In this document: positions 8,069-16,102 of the stretch, one piece after another
Numbering within the stretch: the stretch's first letter is position 1
Layout of the letters: each line of letters opens with the position of its first letter
Source: Candidatus Beckwithbacteria bacterium GW2011_GWC1_49_16
GTDB lineage: Bacteria; Patescibacteriota; Microgenomatia; UBA1400; CG1-02-47-37
Direction of reading: 5' to 3'
Length of the DNA stretch: 64,000 nucleotides
Assembly (NCBI GenBank): GCA_001029675.1
Contig: CP011210.1
Location: 948,891-1,012,890, forward strand
The notes under the pieces: model-generated
Database searches by the model: none
What the model saw: only the letters and a program-made list of their open reading frames with translations
Told to the model about the DNA's origin: nothing
Translations under genes and position numbers: made by a program

Positions 8069-9545
8069 GAGATTTATTGTAGCACTCACGTTTTGGGTAG
8101 TGGTATTTTGGTTAACTTTTAGCCAGACTATGTTCAGGCAAAATGACGGTGTTTTTGGCGCCTGCTCAAACTGCTGGGGCGATTGGTCGGCCCACACCAG
8201 CTACATGGCCTCGTTTGCCTTTGGGCGAAACTTTCCGCCCAGCTTACCGATTTTGGCCGGCGAAAAATTCAGCTATCCCTTTTTAGTGGATTTGATCACG
8301 GCCGGAGTGGTCAAGCTGGGAGTCGACTGGGTGAAAGCAATGGTGGCGGTCAGCTTAGTCACCGCGGTGGGGTTGGCGGGGGCGGTAATAGCTTTTGGCT
8401 GGAAGCTAACCGGTAAGTTTAAAATCGGGGTGGTAACGGCGCTGGTGTTTTTTTTAAACGGCGGCGTGGGCGAGTGGCAAAATCTTATTTCCTCCCAGGT
8501 CGTCCCCCAGCGGGGGCTGGCTCTGGGGATGACCATGGCCATCTGTGTCTACTGGTTGCTGTGGCAAAAGAAACTTTTTTGGGCGGGGGTGGTGGCAGGT
8601 TTGTTGCCGCTGGTTCACGCCCATTCGTTTATGGCGGTAGTCTTGGTGGCGGGGGGGCTAGGGGGCTGGCGAGTGATCAGAGCAAAAAATAAAACCAAGG
8701 AAATTTCAGCCTGGTTGGCTTTTGCTGTCCCGGCGTTGATTCTGGGCGGGGCGCAGGTGAGGTATTTTTACGCCGGGGTCTTGGGCCAAAACTTTGTCAG
8801 GTGGCAACCAGGCTGGCTGGCTGGCGGCGGCCTTTGGGGCTGGGCCTGGTTTTGGCTCAAAAACGCGGGGCTGGTCTTGGTTTTGGCAACAGCAGGCTGG
8901 TGGCTGGCTCCAAAAAATCTCCAGCGTTTTAGCCTGGTATTCTGGGGGTTGTTTTTTCTGGCTAACTTAGTCGTCTTTCAACCTTGGGATTGGGACAACA
9001 CTAAAATGTTGACCCACTGGCATTTAATGGCTTCGGTGCTGGCGGCCGGGGTAATCGTCAGGTTTTTTGACCATAAACGCTGGTTGGTAAAAATCTTAGG
9101 AGTGGGGGTGTTGGTTGCCAGTGTTTGGTTTGGATCGGTTAAGGTCGTGGCCATTGCCAAAGGGGAAAATCAGTATCGCTTTTGGGATAAAAACCAAATC
9201 GAAGCCGCGGCTTGGGTCAAAGACAATACCCCTCCCCGAGCAGTGTTTTTGACCGCTTCAAACCATGATCACTGGCTGCTTCCACTCACCGGCAGAAAAA
9301 TCGTCATCGGTTACCCGGGCTGGCTGTGGACTTACGGGCTTAACTACAGTCAGCGGGAAAAAGAAGTCGGAGAAATTTTTGGCGGCGGACAGACGGCAGA
9401 CAGCCTAATGGACAAATACCGGGTCGACTACGTCGTTTTAGGGCCGGAAGAAAAAAGACTCGACTCTATCAACCAGGAATATTTCCAAACCAAGTTGACT
9501 GAAGTTTACCAGCTTGAGGACTACCAAGTCTTTGCGGTCAACTAA
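8067..9545 (+). CDS. Polytopic integral membrane protein with C-terminal soluble domain (putative GT-C-type glycosyltransferase)
   Basis: About 11 predicted TM helices followed by a ~130-aa soluble C-terminal domain; sits in the glycosyltransferase neighbourhood. Confidence 0.4.
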   Translation: MRFIVALTFWVVVFWLTFSQTMFRQNDGVFGACSNCWGDWSAHTSYMASFAFGRNFPPSLPILAGEKFSYPFLVDLITAGVVKLGVDWVKAMVAVSLVTAVGLAGAVIAFGWKLTGKFKIGVVTALVFFLNGGVGEWQNLISSQVVPQRGLALGMTMAICVYWLLWQKKLFWAGVVAGLLPLVHAHSFMAVVLVAGGLGGWRVIRAKNKTKEISAWLAFAVPALILGGAQVRYFYAGVLGQNFVRWQPGWLAGGGLWGWAWFWLKNAGLVLVLATAGWWLAPKNLQRFSLVFWGLFFLANLVVFQPWDWDNTKMLTHWHLMASVLAAGVIVRFFDHKRWLVKILGVGVLVASVWFGSVKVVAIAKGENQYRFWDKNQIEAAAWVKDNTPPRAVFLTASNHDHWLLPLTGRKIVIGYPGWLWTYGLNYSQREKEVGEIFGGGQTADSLMDKYRVDYVVLGPEEKRLDSINQEYFQTKLTEVYQLEDYQVFAVN

Positions 9546-10755
9546 GGCTTTTGCGCACAAAAACGGCCCTCAAGCTTAAGATTAACAGGGTAATAAGAGT
9601 CAAATTTCTTAAAAGCATCAGGTAGTAAATCGGCAAGCTTCTGCCGGCAGAGTAAAAATCTTCAAGAAAAGGAGTATAGAGGACGGGGTAAACGTTTTGG
9701 TTTAACAGCAGGGCGACAAGGGTAAGGCCGAAAAGAACAAAGTAGTCGTTTTTGGCTTGCGAGCCGGTGAGGCGGAAAAAGGGAAAAAGGGAAACAAACC
9801 ACCAGAGGTACTGGGCGTGGAGGTTTTTGGAAAAAAGCAAAAACACCAGAATAAGGCAAAAAACCAGAGCGAAGCTTAATTTTTGGCGCAATTTCGGCCG
9901 GCGGTAAAGGTACCAGTAAAAGAGAATAACCGGCAAAAACCAGAAGCGGTTAAACCAGGCAAGGCCGACGGCGTCGACTAAGGGAGAATCGACTCCCCAG
10001 ACGCCGTAGCCGCCAAGAAGAGGCAGGGGCCTGCCAGCGGTCAGAAGCGACCAGCCGGTAAGAAGGCTGCCGGGGACGGATTCGATGCTGACGTATTTTA
10101 GGGCGTGGAAACTTAGTCCGGCGCCGATGTCATCGAGTCTGCCGCCGAGATAAAGGTAAGGAATCAGGCTTAAAAGAATCGCTTGAAGATAGTAAAGTAA
10201 GAAAGCGATCGCGGCTTTGGGGTTCTTTTTGGAATAGGTAAGAAGCATTAAATAGGGCAAGATGATGACGGGGTAGACTTTGACCGCGGTAGCCAGCCCC
10301 AAGACAAAGGCAGACAGCGGCGGCTTTTTTTGGACAAACAAAACCAGGCTTGCCGCCACCAACAAAGCGGCCAGGGCTTCAAAGCGAAACAGAATAATCG
10401 GGCCCAAGAAAACTAGGGCAAACGGAAGGGTGAGTCTTTGGATCAAGGGGCGGCGGCGGGTTAAATAAAGCTGGAGGCCTAAAATGGCTAGAATGATAAT
10501 AAAAAAAGCGTTCAAGTAATTCACATAGAGAAAAGGAGCCAGACCGGCAATAAAAGCGGGTAAGAGCAAAAACAGGCTGGTGGCCGGCAGAATTTCTATG
10601 CCGGGAGCGTCAAAAAAGGTGCGGTATTTAAAAAAGTGCTCGACTCTTAAAAAATAATTCCAGACGTCGACTTCAAGATGCCCCCGCCACAGGGGAATGT
10701 GGGCTTGAAAAAAAATCACGGCTAGAGCTAAGAGAGCCAAGCTTAAATACTTCAT
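9538..10755 (-). CDS. DUF2029/GT87-like polyprenyl-phosphate-sugar-dependent glycosyltransferase
   Basis: Polytopic membrane protein with a ...ATAVKVYPVIILPYL... motif typical of the DUF2029/GT87 family. The start is taken at MKYLSLALLALAV (ATG 10753-10755), which overlaps the stop of the LCP gene. Confidence 0.45.
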   Translation of the reverse strand: MKYLSLALLALAVIFFQAHIPLWRGHLEVDVWNYFLRVEHFFKYRTFFDAPGIEILPATSLFLLLPAFIAGLAPFLYVNYLNAFFIIILAILGLQLYLTRRRPLIQRLTLPFALVFLGPIILFRFEALAALLVAASLVLFVQKKPPLSAFVLGLATAVKVYPVIILPYLMLLTYSKKNPKAAIAFLLYYLQAILLSLIPYLYLGGRLDDIGAGLSFHALKYVSIESVPGSLLTGWSLLTAGRPLPLLGGYGVWGVDSPLVDAVGLAWFNRFWFLPVILFYWYLYRRPKLRQKLSFALVFCLILVFLLFSKNLHAQYLWWFVSLFPFFRLTGSQAKNDYFVLFGLTLVALLLNQNVYPVLYTPFLEDFYSAGRSLPIYYLMLLRNLTLITLLILSLRAVFVRKSLS

Positions 10756-11819
10756 GGCGTCTGATTTTGGTAGAAGAGCTCGTCGATGTAGTCGTGAACA
10801 AGAGTCCAATCGTTGTCGACGGGGATTAAGACCCAAGCACCATAAAGGCTGTCGGGCGGGTGGTAAAGTAGCGGCGGGATGTCTTCGACTTCACTCCCCT
10901 GGTTTAAAATTCCGGTTCTTAAGCTGTCCTGGTCAACCCGGAGCGCCAGCTTGGCCAAATCGGACCAGCTTTTTTGAGGAATGTCGGTTTTGACCGAGGC
11001 AGAAAATATTTGGTAGAGACCTTTAACCTTTTTTAGGCTCAAGAATACCTTCGGGCTCAAGAGTTTTTTCTTGAAGCTCAAGATGACCCGCTGTTGGCGC
11101 TGGGAGCGGGCGTAGTCGGTGCCTTCTTCGCCGGCGGCGTTACGGGACCTAATGTACTTTAAAGCCGTGACGCCGTCCATGACTTGGCTGCCGGCTTTAA
11201 ATTCGACGGTTTGGTAGCGGTCGGATTCGGGCTCGGCGTTTTCTTTGCCAGGGATGGGGTATTTGGCATCGACGAAGCCGTGGGGAACGTCGACGCTGAT
11301 GCCGCCGACGATGTCGATGGCTTTTTCAAAACCGGAAAAATCGAGTAAGGCGGCGTAGTGGACTGGCTGGTTGACGATTTCGGCAACGGCGGCTCGGGAC
11401 AAAGTCAAACCCCCGCCGTCCAATTTGCCCTCGCCGTAAAAGTAGGCGGTGTTTAGTTTGGCTTGGAGCGACTCGACCCAAATGTCCCGGGGCAGCGAGA
11501 CCAAAACGGCGTCGCCGCTTAAAAGTTCAACGGAGATAAGCATGATGCTATCGGTTAACTCTCCCCCGGGGTGGTCGCCGCCGGCGACGCCTAAGAGCAA
11601 AAAGTTCGTCCGGCCCTTGAAACTTTCAAGGCTGGTGACGCTGGGGTTCAAAAAGGAGACGGCGGCGGCCGGGCCGCGGGCAAGATTTTTTAAGCCTCTC
11701 CCCAGGGCCGGGGAAAGGAGGATGACTAAGCTCAAAAAGACAGCGACGGCAAGCAAATAAGTTAGGGGGCGGACCAACCACAGGTGTTTATAAAGGCGGC
11801 GTCTCAATTTGGGGAACAT
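10752..11819 (-). CDS. LCP family (LytR-CpsA-Psr) cell-wall glycopolymer phosphotransferase
   Basis: N-terminal TM helix, then FLLLGVAGGDHPGGELTDSIMLISV...VSLPRDIWV...LNTAYFYG, the LCP core motifs. Confidence 0.75.
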   Translation of the reverse strand: MFPKLRRRLYKHLWLVRPLTYLLAVAVFLSLVILLSPALGRGLKNLARGPAAAVSFLNPSVTSLESFKGRTNFLLLGVAGGDHPGGELTDSIMLISVELLSGDAVLVSLPRDIWVESLQAKLNTAYFYGEGKLDGGGLTLSRAAVAEIVNQPVHYAALLDFSGFEKAIDIVGGISVDVPHGFVDAKYPIPGKENAEPESDRYQTVEFKAGSQVMDGVTALKYIRSRNAAGEEGTDYARSQRQQRVILSFKKKLLSPKVFLSLKKVKGLYQIFSASVKTDIPQKSWSDLAKLALRVDQDSLRTGILNQGSEVEDIPPLLYHPPDSLYGAWVLIPVDNDWTLVHDYIDELFYQNQTP

Positions 11820-11833
11820 GTTATGATTCTAAC

Positions 11834-13636
11834 ATGCCCAAATCCCTGACTAAAGCTTTAAACCCGCCTCAAAAACTGGCGGTGACTTTTGGCGAAGGAC
11901 CTTTGCTCATTTTGGCGGGAGCGGGTTCGGGAAAAACCCGGGCCTTGACTTATCGGGTAGCCTATTTGATCAAGGAGCGCCAAGTGGATCCGAAAAGGAT
12001 TTTACTGGTGACGTTTACCAACAAGGCGGCGGGTGAGATGAGACAACGGCTAGAAAAGTTAGTAGGACGAGACCACAGCGCCGGTCTTTTTGCCGGGACG
12101 TTTCATGCCTTTTGCGTCCGGCTTTTAAGAATTGATGGGGGCAAGATCGGCATCGAGCCAAACTTTGTGATTTACGACGAGGCTGACAGCCTGGCGGTGA
12201 TCAAAAAGGCGATCAAAAACTTAAAGCTTAATCCCAAAACCTACAAACCCCGAGGGGTGAAAAGCCTTATTTCCCAGGCTAAAAACGAGCTGATTTCTGC
12301 CGAGGCTTATCCCCAGTACGCCCGGGGCGAGTGGCAAAAGGGGGTGGCGGAGATTTTTTTGGAGTACCAACGCTTACTTAACCGCTTCCGGGCGCTTGAT
12401 TTTGACGATCTTTTAATGAAAGCGGTTTACCTGCTTAAAAAAGACCAACCGACGCGGCAAAAATACCAAGACCGGTATCAGTGGGTACTGGTGGATGAAT
12501 ACCAAGACACCAACAAGGCCCAGTATGAACTGACTAAAATCTTGGCGGGTAAGTGGCGTAATTTGGCGGCGGTGGGAGATTTTTCCCAGTCGATTTATGC
12601 TTTCCGGGGGGCGGATTACCGCAACATCAACCAATTAAAGCAGGATTTTGCCGACTTGAGACAGATAAGTTTAGAACAAAATTATCGCTCGACCCAGACG
12701 ATTTTGGACGCGGCTACCGCGGTGATTGCCAAAAATAGCCTCCACCCGGTGTTGACCTTATGGACCAAGGCGGGTTTGGGGGCGAAGGTAAAGATTTTTG
12801 AGGCAGACAACGAAAAAGAAGAAGCAGGTTTTATCGTCGCCACGATAAAAAACGACCCAGGCAGCCATGCGGTTTTATACCGAACCAACGCCCAGTCCCG
12901 GGTAATCGAGGAGGCGCTTCTTAAAAACGGAATGGCCTACAGCTTGGTGGGCGGGGTGAGATTTTACGCGAGAAGAGAGATCAAGGACCTGACGGCCTAC
13001 CTAAGGCTAATCAACAACCCCAAGGATTTAGTCAGTTACCAACGGTTGGAAAAGTTGGGGAAAAGGAGTCTTAACCGGTTTGTTAACTGGCTCGACCAGA
13101 AAAAAAATATCGACAAGCTGCCGACCAGAAAAATTTTGGAGCAGGTGGTCAAAGTAACCGGCTATCTTGACCGGTTTGACAAAAAGAACGAGGAAGATCT
13201 AAACCGCCTGGAAAACATCGATGAATTAAACAGTGTGGCGGAAGAGTTTAAGGATTTGGGGGCCTTTTTAGAAAACGCAGCCTTGGTCGAGGCGGCCGAC
13301 CGGCCGACGCTAAAGGGTAAAGAAAACCACGAGGGAGTAACCTTGATGACCATGCACAACTCCAAGGGCCTGGAGTTTGATACGGTGTTTATGATCGGCA
13401 TGGAAGAGGGACTTTTCCCCCACTCGCGGTCTAGTTTCAACAAAGAGGATCTCGAGGAAGAACGCCGGCTCTGCTACGTGGGCATGACTCGGGCTAAGCG
13501 GCAGCTTTATTTGTCTTATGCCCGGGGCCGGTTTTATTTTGGCAGACGAAACTACAATACGGTCAGCCGGTTTTTGGCCGATATCGACGAGGGCTTGTTG
13601 GAGTTTGTTAATCAGGAATTTGATATTATTACTTAG
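11834..13636 (+). CDS. pcrA: ATP-dependent DNA helicase PcrA/UvrD (600 aa, compact)
   Basis: Walker A AGAGSGKT; motif III VGDFSQSIYAFRGAD intact; motif VI VGMTRAKRQLYLSY. Confidence 0.85.
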   Translation: MPKSLTKALNPPQKLAVTFGEGPLLILAGAGSGKTRALTYRVAYLIKERQVDPKRILLVTFTNKAAGEMRQRLEKLVGRDHSAGLFAGTFHAFCVRLLRIDGGKIGIEPNFVIYDEADSLAVIKKAIKNLKLNPKTYKPRGVKSLISQAKNELISAEAYPQYARGEWQKGVAEIFLEYQRLLNRFRALDFDDLLMKAVYLLKKDQPTRQKYQDRYQWVLVDEYQDTNKAQYELTKILAGKWRNLAAVGDFSQSIYAFRGADYRNINQLKQDFADLRQISLEQNYRSTQTILDAATAVIAKNSLHPVLTLWTKAGLGAKVKIFEADNEKEEAGFIVATIKNDPGSHAVLYRTNAQSRVIEEALLKNGMAYSLVGGVRFYARREIKDLTAYLRLINNPKDLVSYQRLEKLGKRSLNRFVNWLDQKKNIDKLPTRKILEQVVKVTGYLDRFDKKNEEDLNRLENIDELNSVAEEFKDLGAFLENAALVEAADRPTLKGKENHEGVTLMTMHNSKGLEFDTVFMIGMEEGLFPHSRSSFNKEDLEEERRLCYVGMTRAKRQLYLSYARGRFYFGRRNYNTVSRFLADIDEGLLEFVNQEFDIIT

Positions 13637-13639
13637 GCG

Positions 13640-14785
13640 ATGATTATTAGAGACATTACCGCCAGCGACAGACTCAAGTTTAATGACGCGGTCGGGCATC
13701 CGCTGCAGGCTTTTGAGTGGGGGCAGTTCAGGCAGGAAACCGGAGTTAAAGTGATCAGGAAGGCCATTTTTGAAGGCGATAAATTGATCACTCCGGTTCA
13801 GGTGACCATTCATCAGCTGCCAAAAGTAAATTGGAAAATCGGCTATTTTCCTCGAGGGCCGATGCCGGACGAGGATCAGATGAAGTTATTAACCCAGATC
13901 GGCAAACAAGAAGGACTAATGATGATTAAACTCGAGCCGAATGTGGCAGCGGTGATAAATGACGGCGGGCCAAAAGTTCAGGCCTGGGAGACGGTAAGGA
14001 CGTTTTTGCGGTCTTTCGGGGCCAGGCCGGGAAGGTCGCTTTTTACCGATTATTCGTTTCAGCTGGATTTGACCGAGAGCGAGGAGAAACTTTTAAAAAA
14101 CATGCACTCTAAAACCCGCTACAACATCAGGCTGGCAGAAAGAAAGGGGGTCAAGGTGGCGGTGGATAATTCCCCGGCCAGCTTTGAATGGTTTCTGAAA
14201 CTTCTGTTTGAGCAAACGGTGGTGCGGCAGGGGTTTTATGCCCACACGCCGGATTATTTTAAAAAGCTGTGGGGGGTGTTGGCACCGGCCGGCATTGCCC
14301 ACCTGCTTCGGGCCTATGTGGGCGATAAAACTTTAGCGGTGTTTATGGTGTTTAAGTTTAATAACTGGTTGTATTACCCCTACGGAGCGTCGACGCGGGA
14401 AGAAAAGGAGCTAATGGCGCCAAACTTGGCTATGTGGGAAGCGATTCGCTTTGGCAAAAAGGAGGGGTGTAAGAAGTTTGACCTGTGGGGAGCGCTGTCG
14501 CCCACCCATAACAAAAATGATCCCTGGTACGGCTTTCACCGGTTTAAGGAAGGCTATGGAGGCAAGCTGGTCGGCTTTATCGGCAGCTACGATTTGGTGC
14601 TTGAACCCAAGAAATATTTGGCTTACCGGGCCGGTGACAGCTTACGCTGGGCATACCTTAGGACTGCGGCGGCGGCCAAAAGGATGCCGGGACAACTAAG
14701 CGGAGTTTTCTCTGATGTGCCAGAAAAGGTAGGTGAGGTCGCCAGCGACGCGATCAAGACTTTTGAAAAAGATGACCGATCTTAG
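13640..14785 (+). CDS. FemAB-family peptidoglycan peptide-bridge aminoacyltransferase
   Basis: Length and FemX/FemA-like architecture; the ...SKTRYNIR... core motif is repeated in the adjacent paralogue. Confidence 0.65.
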   Translation: MIIRDITASDRLKFNDAVGHPLQAFEWGQFRQETGVKVIRKAIFEGDKLITPVQVTIHQLPKVNWKIGYFPRGPMPDEDQMKLLTQIGKQEGLMMIKLEPNVAAVINDGGPKVQAWETVRTFLRSFGARPGRSLFTDYSFQLDLTESEEKLLKNMHSKTRYNIRLAERKGVKVAVDNSPASFEWFLKLLFEQTVVRQGFYAHTPDYFKKLWGVLAPAGIAHLLRAYVGDKTLAVFMVFKFNNWLYYPYGASTREEKELMAPNLAMWEAIRFGKKEGCKKFDLWGALSPTHNKNDPWYGFHRFKEGYGGKLVGFIGSYDLVLEPKKYLAYRAGDSLRWAYLRTAAAAKRMPGQLSGVFSDVPEKVGEVASDAIKTFEKDDRS

Positions 14786-15644
14786 GCAAGCTCGGGCTTA
14801 TTGGCGATACATGAAAAGCTTAGGCTGGCGGGTGGTCGACGGCGCCTTTGTCAAAAAACTCCCCTTTTTAGCTTTGAGCCTGGTCAAAATCCAAAGGCCG
14901 GAGCGTCAACCTAATCTTGCCGCGCTGAAAAAATTTCGCCCCATCTACATTAGCTACGAACCAGCGGTCAACCACAAACCCCCTGCCGGTTTCCGCCCGG
15001 GGTCACCCCTTTTGCCGTCAAGAACCATTTGGCTTGATTTGAGAAAGAGCCAGAAAAAACTTTTACAAGAAATGCGCCCCAAAACCCGCTACAATATTAA
15101 AAAATTACGGATTACGGATTACGGATTACGGATTACTCAAGGCAGTCAGCTAAGCGACGATCAACTCGCTGCTTTTTACCAAATTTACCGGGAAAACGCT
15201 AAAAAGCAAAGATTTTGGGGAGCAAGCTTTACTCAACTGAAGTCGTTGGCCACCTGTTTTGGTAAAAAGGCTTATTTAATCATTGCCAGACGGATGGCGC
15301 AGGCAGGGGAAAGCCGAAGGCAGGGTTTGGCTGGCAATGATGTCATTGGCGGGCTTTTAATTCTCGTTCACGACCGCGTGGCGTATTACTCCCACAACGC
15401 GGCCACCAATGAAGGGCGCAGGCTCTTTGTTCCCACCATCTTAACTTGGGAGGCGATTAAGCTAGCCAAAAAACTTGGCTGTCATACTTTTGACTTTGAG
15501 GGTATTGACGACCCTCGCTTCCCGGTCACCCGCAAATGGACGGGGTTTTCTCGCTTCAAAAAAAGCTTTGGCGGTAAGGAGGTCAACTACCCCCAGGCTT
15601 TGGTAAAATGGCAAGTACCGTTGTATCGATACAATAGAACTTAA
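14772..15644 (+). CDS. FemAB-family aminoacyltransferase, second copy
   Basis: Paralogous to the previous gene (RPKTRYNIKK vs SKTRYNIRL; FKKSFGG vs FKEGYGG). The start is taken at the internal Met MTDLRQ to avoid a 53-nt overlap. Contains the heptanucleotide repeat listed separately. Confidence 0.6.
   Translation: MTDLRQARAYWRYMKSLGWRVVDGAFVKKLPFLALSLVKIQRPERQPNLAALKKFRPIYISYEPAVNHKPPAGFRPGSPLLPSRTIWLDLRKSQKKLLQEMRPKTRYNIKKLRITDYGLRITQGSQLSDDQLAAFYQIYRENAKKQRFWGASFTQLKSLATCFGKKAYLIIARRMAQAGESRRQGLAGNDVIGGLLILVHDRVAYYSHNAATNEGRRLFVPTILTWEAIKLAKKLGCHTFDFEGIDDPRFPVTRKWTGFSRFKKSFGGKEVNYPQALVKWQVPLYRYNRT
15104..15136 (+). repeat. Tandem heptanucleotide repeat (ATTACGG)x4.7 inside the femAB-2 coding region
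   Basis: Direct reading: attacgg attacgg attacgg attacgg attac, translated as ...LRITDYGLRITQ... Confidence 0.85.
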
Positions 15645-16102
15645 TGATTGTGGCCTTGGAAAACATCAGGAGTCTTTATAACGTCGGGGCGATTTTAAGA
15701 AGCGCCAGCTTTTTTGGAGTGAGCGAGGTATTTTTGGTGGGGGTAACGGGGTCGAGGAAAATCGGCGGCCAAAGGTGGCTTCACGAAGGGTTAGCCAAAA
15801 CCGCTTTGGGAGCAGAATGGCAGTTACAGATCAAAATCTTGAAAGACAGCCAGAAATTGATTGATCTTGCCAAGAAGAACGGTTTGAAACTGGTAGTAGT
15901 GGAGCAAACGGCGGGGGCAACTCCCCTGTCAAGCTTCCGGCCGGGCAAAAACATGGTCTTGGTCTTTGGCAACGAGGTAACTGGCGTCAGTCAAAAAGTT
16001 TTGGCGGCGGCAGACAAGGTGGTAGAAATCCCCCGACGGGGCAAAAAAACTTCTTTAAATGTCGCCGTGGCGGCCGGAATTGTTTTAAGTCGATTGGGGT
16101 AG
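15644..16102 (+). CDS. SpoU/TrmH-family RNA 2'-O-methyltransferase
   Basis: SPOUT motifs: LYNVGAILRSA...LVFGNEVTGVS...SLNVAVAAGIVL. Confidence 0.8.
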   Translation: MIVALENIRSLYNVGAILRSASFFGVSEVFLVGVTGSRKIGGQRWLHEGLAKTALGAEWQLQIKILKDSQKLIDLAKKNGLKLVVVEQTAGATPLSSFRPGKNMVLVFGNEVTGVSQKVLAAADKVVEIPRRGKKTSLNVAVAAGIVLSRLG

